Shown: one piece after another, positions 57,014 to 64,000 of the stretch
How the letters are laid out: every line of letters begins with the position of its first letter
Position numbering within the stretch: position 1 is the stretch's first letter
Assembly: GCA_043806135.1 (NCBI GenBank)
Contig: JAZDHG010000016.1
Span: 42,110 to 106,109 of the forward strand
Length of the DNA: 64,000 nucleotides
Direction of reading: 5' to 3'
From: Candidatus Omnitrophota bacterium
Lineage (GTDB): Bacteria > Omnitrophota > Gorgyraeia > B26-G9
The notes under the pieces: model-generated
Told to the model about the DNA's origin: nothing
The model's database searches: none
What the model saw: the letters and a program-made list of their open reading frames with translations, nothing else
Translations under genes and position numbers: made by a program

Positions 57014-59119
57014 ATGAAAAGTAAAATTAAAAAAATAACAGTATATATATTAATTGAATTATTTATTCTGATTGAAGTTGCTTTGGCAGGAACAGGAAAA
57101 ATTATGCCTGATGCCGGAAACAGCATGCTTTCTCCTGCTTTGCAGATACCGGGTCAGATTTTTCAGAACATCTTTCTTAATAGCGACCTTGCTAAAGCGG
57201 TTAATTCTGTGCGGGTTGAGATAGGAGATAAAACTGAAAAAGACAACAAATTTGTCTGGGAAATAGAAGTTTATTTTCAAAATGACCAGCCGGGAGTACT
57301 GAATAATATCCTGCACAAGATATCTCCCGGGGTAGAGATTATCTGGTTTGAAATGTCCAGAAGAGATGGTGTAAGTTCAATAAAGATAGCGATTTCAACA
57401 GAAAAAAAAGAGCTGCTGGATACAACAGTCAAAGGTTTTAAGGAAATCAAAGATAAAAAAATTTATGTTCAAGAAAGTAGACACAGAAGTCTGGTTCTTA
57501 ATATCTCCCTGATCCAAGCGGAGAAAAGCTTGATTTTGATAACAGATTACCTGGCTCTACAAGATATTAATGTGTCAAAGTTTTTGACGCCAACCGTGAC
57601 CAGGACAGGCTATTCTAATTTTGTTTTTGAACTGGAAGTACCGGAAAAGACAAATATCAGATCTGTAGAAGCCGACCTTAGCTTTATAACCAAAGGTGTA
57701 GATGGTCATATGCAGCTGAGCAAGGGACAGCTGATAAATAAAATATTCCAGGAATCACTGCTGAAGAAAATAAATACACCTTTATCTAAAAAAGAAGAAC
57801 ATCAATTGCTGCGGGCCATTAAGATAGTAGGCAGGAGACATATAAGCGAATCAAGAAAGGACAGAAAAACCCCATTTATCATGCATCAGGTAGAAGCAGT
57901 TCAGATACTGGTAAATGAAATAAAGATTTTATCCCCGGAGGTTGTTTCCTTTATTGCCAAAAGTTTACAGGTTAATAAGGACGAGGAGGACGAGATTAAG
58001 GCCATAATACTTTTAGCTGCTCTTTTGCATGATGCTGTCGAAGATGGGGATATTTCATTAAAAAAGATTAAGAAGAAATTTGGGGTAAGGGTGGCGGATA
58101 TGGTTAAACTGCTGAGCAAGGAGGATATCCATAGGAGTAAACAAGGGGAGGCGGTTTATCTTGGTAACATGATAGAAAAAAAAGATATTATCGGGCTTAT
58201 CACACAGATCGTCAAGATTGCCGACCGCATTAATAATTTGCGGACTTTAGTAGATAATGATCGAGAATTTCAAAGAAAAATATTTTTTTCTACTTTAAAC
58301 ACTTTTATACCTGTATTTATAGATAAGATTGACCTTAATGGGATTGAGAATAAGCCGTTGCGGGAAGTTTTTAAGCGGGCGCTGCAGTTATTTGAGAGAC
58401 AGGTGTATCTTACCGGGCGGGAGCTTGGGCTTATTAATAAGCAGGGAAAGATAAACAAAGAGGGATACCGTATTTATGAGCAGGAAGAAAAACAGCGCCA
58501 GAAGAAGATGATCCTTGAAATAGGCAATTCGAAAAAAGTGCTGGCGTATGGAGTAGATGAATCCAAGGTCGGGTTACAGGGATTAGCGGATATTTTAATC
58601 CAAGGTTATGTCAAAGCACGGAAAACAAAGTCTGGTTATGTAATCTTTGCCGGTCCGTTGAGGCCGCAGAGAGTGGATGAACAGTATTTCGATTATATCG
58701 CGGAATCATCCGGAGATTACGGCCCCTACTATGTTATCTTGGATCCGGCAATAGAAAATATCAGGATTGAGCATAAAATAGGAGAAAAAAAAATCATAAT
58801 GCCTGGATTTTATAAAGCTCGGAAAGTAGGTATTGGTACATGGGGCTTACCCTATAAATATCATGGAGCTTATCTTGTGCCCACTGAAAAGGACAGACAG
58901 TTTTTAATTAAAAAAATTGAACAGGCGCTAAAACAATCCAGGATAAATATGGACTATGCCAAGCAGATCACTCAGAAAATCATTACTTATTTTGAGTTTA
59001 TACAGGCAAAAGAGGAAGTATGCCTGCTTAAGGTTGAACAAGGTGATACAGAGTCTGAAATGATAAGAAAAAAAGTGCTGAATTTATCCTGTAAAATATT
59101 TGTTGAACAAGCAATTTGA
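57014..59119 (+). CDS. Multidomain protein with N-terminal membrane/signal segment, ACT-like domains and a RelA/SpoT-type HD (ppGpp-hydrolase-like) domain
   Basis: Motifs LAALLHDAVEDG and VKIADRINNLRTL match the SpoT/Mesh1 HD-domain signature. No synthetase domain is present. The N-terminus carries the LSPALQIPGQIFQNIF motif. Confidence 0.65.
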   Translation: MKSKIKKITVYILIELFILIEVALAGTGKIMPDAGNSMLSPALQIPGQIFQNIFLNSDLAKAVNSVRVEIGDKTEKDNKFVWEIEVYFQNDQPGVLNNILHKISPGVEIIWFEMSRRDGVSSIKIAISTEKKELLDTTVKGFKEIKDKKIYVQESRHRSLVLNISLIQAEKSLILITDYLALQDINVSKFLTPTVTRTGYSNFVFELEVPEKTNIRSVEADLSFITKGVDGHMQLSKGQLINKIFQESLLKKINTPLSKKEEHQLLRAIKIVGRRHISESRKDRKTPFIMHQVEAVQILVNEIKILSPEVVSFIAKSLQVNKDEEDEIKAIILLAALLHDAVEDGDISLKKIKKKFGVRVADMVKLLSKEDIHRSKQGEAVYLGNMIEKKDIIGLITQIVKIADRINNLRTLVDNDREFQRKIFFSTLNTFIPVFIDKIDLNGIENKPLREVFKRALQLFERQVYLTGRELGLINKQGKINKEGYRIYEQEEKQRQKKMILEIGNSKKVLAYGVDESKVGLQGLADILIQGYVKARKTKSGYVIFAGPLRPQRVDEQYFDYIAESSGDYGPYYVILDPAIENIRIEHKIGEKKIIMPGFYKARKVGIGTWGLPYKYHGAYLVPTEKDRQFLIKKIEQALKQSRINMDYAKQITQKIITYFEFIQAKEEVCLLKVEQGDTESEMIRKKVLNLSCKIFVEQAI

Positions 59120-59349
59120 TTTATGGTTAAATTACCCGCAATTTTTCCGCAATGTTAAACTTCTAACTTCAAATAATATAAAATGTTATACTTATTTTAT
59201 ATCAAGCTGCTGGTTGAGAAAATCATTGATTTTTACCTGGATAATAGCTATACTAAAAATACTGTTTTAATAGTCAATCATGATTAATTTCTTGTATAAA
59301 ATCACGGGTTAGTCTGTATTAGACATTATAAGGAAATATAATACAGAAA

Positions 59350-59658
59350 ATGCTTATTCTTGCATATATTATTGAGGGGCTTGCAACCGTTCTTGGGCTG
59401 GTATTGACAATAATGTATTGGTTGCTTTTGATCCGGGTGCTTATCAGCTGGGTTAGCCCGGACCCTTATAACCCGATTGTTCAATTTCTACACAGAGCAA
59501 CGGATCCGGTGCTTGAACCGCTGCATTATTTATTAATGCCATTGACCATGCAGATTAGAGTAGACCTGTCTCCTTTGCTGGCTTTTTTTATTATTGTATT
59601 TTTACAAAGGTCTTTGGTGGGAGTCTTGTTCCATGTCGCTTATTTGCTTAAACAATAA
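59350..59658 (+). CDS. yggT: YggT family membrane protein
   Basis: 102 aa with LLLIRVLISWVSPDPYNPIVQFLHRATDPVLEPL. Confidence 0.75.
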   Translation: MLILAYIIEGLATVLGLVLTIMYWLLLIRVLISWVSPDPYNPIVQFLHRATDPVLEPLHYLLMPLTMQIRVDLSPLLAFFIIVFLQRSLVGVLFHVAYLLKQ

Positions 59659-59695
59659 GTTGTTTTTGCTGCCTTAAGTAAAAAAAGGAAAAAGC

Positions 59696-61393
59696 GTGAA
59701 CAAAAACACAGTCAATAAGCTTTTAGATATCAGTATTGTAATTACCGCTGCTGTCTCATTTATCATTTTGCTTGTGCAGTGGGAAATAATGCCTGTTATT
59801 AAAACGCTTACTACTTCTCTGCTGGATATAATCGATATTATTGTTTTAGCTGTATTCTTTATATGTGTTTTGGTACGTTTTATAGCTAACCCGAATAAAA
59901 AAGAATATTTCAAGGAATATTGGATAGACCTGATCATCATTCTGCCTTTGATCCAGATATTTCAAGGTGTGCACAATACGGGTCTTGCGATTGTTTTAAG
60001 AGAAGCAATAAGATTGCTCAGGTTTTTATCCCGGATAAAAGTGCCAGAGCGGTTGATCAGTTTGCTAGGTATAAAACCGGCACAGCTTTTGATCGTAACA
60101 TTTTTGATGACGATCTTAATCGGGACGTTTTTGCTTACTCTTCCTGTTTCAACACAAAGCAGCCAGGGAATGAATTTCGTCGATGCCTTGTTTACGGCGA
60201 CATCGGCAACCTGTGTGACCGGCCTGATTGTGCAGGATACAGGCAGCTTTTTTTCAATTTTCGGACAGCTTGTGATCTTGCTGCTTATCCAGGTCGGGGC
60301 ATTGGGAATAATGACTTTTTCCGTAACCTTATTCCTGGCTGCGGGCAAACAGATGTCTAATAGAGAAGCTATTGCCATGCAGGATGTTCTTAATCAGGAC
60401 AGTATTGCGGGAATTATGAATCTGATTGCTTTTATAGCAAAAATGACCATATGCATAGAGGCTTTGGGAGCGGTTTTTCTTTTTGCCGGGTTTATACCTT
60501 ATATCAGTGACCCCTGGCAAAGGGCATATATATCTTTGTTCCATTCTGTTTCTGCTTTTTGTAATGCAGGATTTTCATTATTCCCAGACAGTATTATGAA
60601 GTATACAAATGACGGGGTTATCAACCTGTCTATTGCTTTTTTGATTATTCTCGGCGGGTTGGGGTTTATCGTCGTAAAAGATCTCTGGGATATGTTTGTT
60701 TTAGGTTTGCGACCTAAGAGTTTAGGTTTAAGACTGCATACTAAGATCGTTTTATCCATGACCGCTATTTTACTTGTTGCCGGTACAATTGTTATATTTT
60801 TTGCGGAAAATAAGGTTAATTTTACGGGTATGGCTTTCAAACACAAAATTTTAATAAGCTTTTTTCAATCTGTTTCAGCCAGGACAGCGGGGTTTAACAG
60901 TGTGGATATTGGCGGCATGACCAATGGGAGTATATTCAGCATTATTGTACTGATGTTTATCGGGGCCTCGGCCGGTTCTACAGGAGGAGGTATTAAGACT
61001 ACAACTTTTTGGGTATTGCTAAAGTCATTTAGCAGCAGCCTGCAGAACAAGGAAGATATAAACACATTTAAGAAAAAAATCCCTGAACAGATCGTTGGCA
61101 AGGCAATAGCCATATTTATATTATCCTTGGGTTTTGTTAGCTTGTTTATGTATCTTTTGTCTGTTTTTGAACCGCTGCCTTTCAAGGCTTTGCTCTTTGA
61201 GGTTGTATCTGCATTCGGTACTGTAGGGCTTTCTACAGGGATTACGGCACAATTGCATAATGCCGGTAAATTACTGATAACCTGCTTAATGTTTTTGGGA
61301 AGGCTGGGGCCTTTAACAGTCGTTCTGGCTTTTTCAGGGTATAAAAGAAAAATAAATTATACCTATGCACAAGAAAAAATTATGGTCGGATAA
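59696..61393 (+). CDS. TrkH/KtrB-family K+ transporter with an N-terminal ~130-aa four-helix extension resembling a voltage-sensor (S1-S4-like) module
   Basis: The core shows TrkH/KtrB pore-loop signatures (TATSATCVTGL, GASAGSTGGGIKTTT, SAFGTVGLSTG). The N-terminal extension contains EYWIDLIIILP (S3-like) and LREAIRLLRFLSRIK (Arg at every third or fourth position, S4-like). Confidence 0.75.
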   Translation: MNKNTVNKLLDISIVITAAVSFIILLVQWEIMPVIKTLTTSLLDIIDIIVLAVFFICVLVRFIANPNKKEYFKEYWIDLIIILPLIQIFQGVHNTGLAIVLREAIRLLRFLSRIKVPERLISLLGIKPAQLLIVTFLMTILIGTFLLTLPVSTQSSQGMNFVDALFTATSATCVTGLIVQDTGSFFSIFGQLVILLLIQVGALGIMTFSVTLFLAAGKQMSNREAIAMQDVLNQDSIAGIMNLIAFIAKMTICIEALGAVFLFAGFIPYISDPWQRAYISLFHSVSAFCNAGFSLFPDSIMKYTNDGVINLSIAFLIILGGLGFIVVKDLWDMFVLGLRPKSLGLRLHTKIVLSMTAILLVAGTIVIFFAENKVNFTGMAFKHKILISFFQSVSARTAGFNSVDIGGMTNGSIFSIIVLMFIGASAGSTGGGIKTTTFWVLLKSFSSSLQNKEDINTFKKKIPEQIVGKAIAIFILSLGFVSLFMYLLSVFEPLPFKALLFEVVSAFGTVGLSTGITAQLHNAGKLLITCLMFLGRLGPLTVVLAFSGYKRKINYTYAQEKIMVG

Positions 61394-61485
61394 ATAATAG
61401 CGGTTAGCGAATAGCGATTAGAGAAAACAAGAATGTAAAAATCATAACAAAGCAATTGAACAGTATCCTTAGAAAGGGGTTTAAT

Positions 61486-62538
61486 ATGTACTATCCTGTT
61501 TCGAGATTAAGAAGATTACGTAAAAGTCATCTTTTGCGGGAAATGGTTAAGGAGACGAATTTAAGCGCAGTATCCTTTATCTATCCTGTTTTTGTAGTTG
61601 AGGGAAAAAACATAAAAGAACCCGTAAAATCAATGCCCGGAGTTTTTAGGTTGTCTGTGGACAATTTACTGAAAGAAGCCAAAGAAGTGGAGAGCCTGAA
61701 TATCCCGGCTATTATGCTTTTCGGTATACCTGAGAAAAAGGATGAGAGGGCTACGGCTGCCTATGCTAAAGGCGGTATTGTGCAAACAGCAATAAGGGCG
61801 CTCAAAGAAAAACATTATAATTTGCTGATAGCAACTGATGTATGTCTTTGCGCCTATACAGCTTCCGGGCATTGCGGGATAGTGAAAAATAAAATCTCTC
61901 CGACTCAGGAAAACCCGGAAGAAGAAAATGCTTTAGATACCTCTTCTGCAGGGGAAGTTGTTGTCTATAATGACGCGACATGTGAATTGCTTGGTAAAAT
62001 GGCCTTGTCGCATGCAGAAGCAGGAGCAGATTTAGTCGCGCCAAGCTCCATGATGGATGGACAGGTTGCGGCTATCCGCAAAGTTTTGGATGCAAATAAT
62101 TTTAAACATGTTCCGATTATGGCCTATAGTGCGAAATTTGCCTCAAATTTTTATAGTCCTTTTCGTGATATTGCTGATTCCAGTCTTGGTACAGGAGACA
62201 GAAAAACATATCAGATTAATCCTGGCAATACTAACGAGGCATTGAGAGAAATAGAGTTTGATATTCAGGAAGGGGCAGACATGGTCATGGTAAAGCCGGC
62301 GCTTGCATATTTGGATATAATTGCCAAAGCAAAGCAGAAATACCAGGTACCGATAGTCGCTTATAATGTAAGCGGTGAATTTTCAATGGTTAAGGCAGCA
62401 GCGTCACTGGAGTATATAGATGAAAAGTCAGTTACTCTTGAAATATTAACAAGCATAAAAAGATCCGGAGCTGATTTGATCATTACTTATCATGCCAAAG
62501 ACGCCGCACGCTGGCTTAGCGGCCAATACCTGCTTTAA
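61486..62538 (+). CDS. hemB: Porphobilinogen synthase (delta-aminolevulinic acid dehydratase)
   Basis: N-terminus YPVSRLRRLRKS, active-site lysines (MVKPA) and metal-binding Cys (DVCLCAYTASGHCG). I take the ATG at 61486 as the start. Confidence 0.9.
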   Translation: MYYPVSRLRRLRKSHLLREMVKETNLSAVSFIYPVFVVEGKNIKEPVKSMPGVFRLSVDNLLKEAKEVESLNIPAIMLFGIPEKKDERATAAYAKGGIVQTAIRALKEKHYNLLIATDVCLCAYTASGHCGIVKNKISPTQENPEEENALDTSSAGEVVVYNDATCELLGKMALSHAEAGADLVAPSSMMDGQVAAIRKVLDANNFKHVPIMAYSAKFASNFYSPFRDIADSSLGTGDRKTYQINPGNTNEALREIEFDIQEGADMVMVKPALAYLDIIAKAKQKYQVPIVAYNVSGEFSMVKAAASLEYIDEKSVTLEILTSIKRSGADLIITYHAKDAARWLSGQYLL

Positions 62539-62574
62539 GTTAAAAGTAAAAAGTAGAAAGTAAAAAATTATAAA

Positions 62575-63603
62575 ATGCTGATTTCCTGGAATATTACCAA
62601 AGCATGCAATTTAAAATGCGAACATTGCTATCGTGATGCAGGATTTGCGGCGCCTGATGAGCTTAACCTGCTTGAAGGTAAAAAGCTCTTAAGAGAGCTT
62701 AAAGACCTTAATTTCCGCTTGATCATTTTTTCCGGAGGAGAACCGGTACTCAGGGTTGAGCTTTTTCAGTGGATCCCTTTTGCGCGGGGATTAGGATTAA
62801 TAAGTGTTTTAGGTACAAACGGTACTCTTATTGATGAAAAATGCGCCGTGCGTCTTAAGCAGGCAGGACTAAAACGCCTGGGGATAAGTATTGATTCTAT
62901 TGATGAAAAAAAGCACGATAAATTCCGTCGCCTTGAAGGAGCTTGGAAACAGGCGGTACGGGGAATGGAAAATGCCAAGAAAGCCGGCCTTGAGTTTCAG
63001 GTGCATACCACGGTTACCAAAAAAAATATTAACGAGATCCTGGCTATTACAGATTTTGCGCAAAAAACAAATGCGCAGGCGCATCATATATTCTTTCTTG
63101 TACCTACTGGCAGAGGCAAGGAGATCGATGATGTTATCCCCAGTGCGCAAGAGTATGAGAGATTGATCGAGGCAATACTCCAGAAGCAAAAAACCGTTAC
63201 TCTGGAACTGAAGCCTGTGTGTGCCCCGCAGTTCGTGCGTATTGCCAAAGAAAAAAACATTAAGACGCGTTTTGATAAAGGCTGTCTTGCCGGAATAAGC
63301 TATGCCTGCGTTCTTCCTAACGGTGAAGTGCACCCGTGTCCTTATATGCCGATAATCCTGGGAAATGTCCGGGATGACGGCGGATTTAAAAAGATCTGGC
63401 AGGAAAATAAGGTATTGAAGAATTTACGAAGCATGAAATTTCATAATAAATGCGGAATATGCGAGTTTAAAACTTTGTGCTCGGGATGCCGTGCTGCTGC
63501 GTTCCATCAATCCGGCGGAGATTATATGGCAGAAGACCCCAATTGCAATTATGAACCGAAAACAAAAATTAATTCTAAAAATTCTCAAAACATTACAGTC
63601 TGA
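62575..63603 (+). CDS. Radical SAM/SPASM enzyme of the alternative heme biosynthesis pathway (AhbC/AhbD, NirJ-like)
   Basis: WNITKACNLKCEHCY radical SAM motif, a C-terminal SPASM Cys cluster (CGICEFKTLCSGCRAAAF), and proximity to hemB and ahbA/B-like genes. Confidence 0.75.
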   Translation: MLISWNITKACNLKCEHCYRDAGFAAPDELNLLEGKKLLRELKDLNFRLIIFSGGEPVLRVELFQWIPFARGLGLISVLGTNGTLIDEKCAVRLKQAGLKRLGISIDSIDEKKHDKFRRLEGAWKQAVRGMENAKKAGLEFQVHTTVTKKNINEILAITDFAQKTNAQAHHIFFLVPTGRGKEIDDVIPSAQEYERLIEAILQKQKTVTLELKPVCAPQFVRIAKEKNIKTRFDKGCLAGISYACVLPNGEVHPCPYMPIILGNVRDDGGFKKIWQENKVLKNLRSMKFHNKCGICEFKTLCSGCRAAAFHQSGGDYMAEDPNCNYEPKTKINSKNSQNITV

Positions 63604-64000
63604 TTTTCCTCTGACGATTAACCCTTATCAGGTGCTGGCCGGTAAGCTAGGCATGGATGAGGATGCGCTTATTGCCGAGATCAAGCAGTTAAAAAAAAAG
63701 GGTTATGTGCGCAGGATAGGCGCGGTCGTATCATTAGCGCATCTTGGCTATAAAAGCACTCTTATTGCTGCAAGGCTGGAAAAGGCATTTATGACTCAGA
63801 ACATTGCTTTTATAAATGCTTCTGAGTTTATAACGCATAACTACCTGAGAGATGTAAAATACAATGTCTGGTTTACGTTTAGTGCAAAAACCAAAAAAGA
63901 GATCGAAAATTTTATCCGCATCTTTAAAAAACGCAGGGGGGTCGTCGATGTATTGAGTCTGCCGGCAAAAAAAACATTTAAAATTAATGCTGAGTTCATG
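63551..64000 (+). CDS. Siroheme decarboxylase subunit (AhbA/AhbB, NirD/L/G/H-like Lrp/AsnC-fold), 3'-truncated by window end
   Basis: LILKILKTLQSDFPLTINPYQVLAGKLGMDEDALIAEIKQLKKKGYVRRIGAV matches the AhbA/B N-terminal HTH. Overlaps the upstream gene end in a different frame. Confidence 0.65.
   Translation, partial: MNRKQKLILKILKTLQSDFPLTINPYQVLAGKLGMDEDALIAEIKQLKKKGYVRRIGAVVSLAHLGYKSTLIAARLEKAFMTQNIAFINASEFITHNYLRDVKYNVWFTFSAKTKKEIENFIRIFKKRRGVVDVLSLPAKKTFKINAEFM

Noticed and set aside
1-64000. tRNA, rRNA or tmRNA genes
   Set aside because: A visual scan for the conserved T-loop (GGTTCGAATCC-like) and acceptor/CCA context and for rRNA-like conserved blocks found nothing convincing. The AGGTTCGAAGAAG at 49685 lacks the surrounding cloverleaf complementarity.

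Overview
This 64-kb window looks like chromosomal DNA from a low-GC, diderm (LPS-containing), probably anaerobic and uncultivated bacterium, with almost everything encoded on the + strand. Reading left to right, the window contains: (1) three tandem paralogous genes for signal-peptide proteins that share an unrecognised C-terminal domain of about 130 aa. (2) A branched-chain and aromatic amino-acid biosynthesis block, ilvD-ilvB-ilvN-[pilT]-ilvC-leuA-aroE-[pilD]-aroC, with type IV pilus genes interspersed. (3) A hypothetical protein, a membrane protein, a DUF523 protein, a CDF transporter and era. (4) A periplasmic [NiFe] hydrogenase (Tat small subunit, large subunit, maturation protease) followed by an atypical c-type cytochrome candidate and a porin. 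(5) A complete chemotaxis operon, MCP-cheW-cheY-cheC-cheD-cheB-cheA-cheC', ending in an unusual FtsA-like actin-fold ATPase fused to tandem beta-grasp-like repeats. (6) topA, xerC-like, kdtA, a TonB-dependent receptor, yraN and rlmN. (7) Immediately 3' of rlmN, the only block of minus-strand genes: four type II toxin-antitoxin pairs (BrnT/BrnA, RelE/RHH, YoeB/YefM, HepT/MntA) plus one secreted protein, each preceded by an imperfect palindromic repeat of about 70-85 bp with attC-like architecture (TAAC...GTTAG ends), together with a roughly 90% identical duplicate of the rlmN 3' end. This looks like an integron-type cassette array with no adjacent integrase. (8) A NYN/YacP RNase, an HI0933-type flavoprotein, small membrane proteins, an outer-membrane barrel, an ICMT-family methyltransferase and recJ. 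(9) Three consecutive genes (an unknown protein, a MidA/DUF185-like methyltransferase, and a SpoT-type HD-domain protein) whose products share an N-terminal hydrophobic segment followed by a conserved LSPAL(K/Q)(L/I)P-Q-FQ motif. (10) yggT, a TrkH/KtrB K+ transporter with a voltage-sensor-like N-terminal extension, hemB and siroheme-dependent alternative heme synthesis genes (ahb). The genome also carries several families of intergenic repeats: phased GTAAC/GTTAC 7- and 10-bp repeat arrays upstream of several operons, a MITE-like GGTTCTTTC...GAAAGAACC hairpin at four loci, and a twice-occurring element of about 80 bp. No rRNA, tRNA or CRISPR array was seen.
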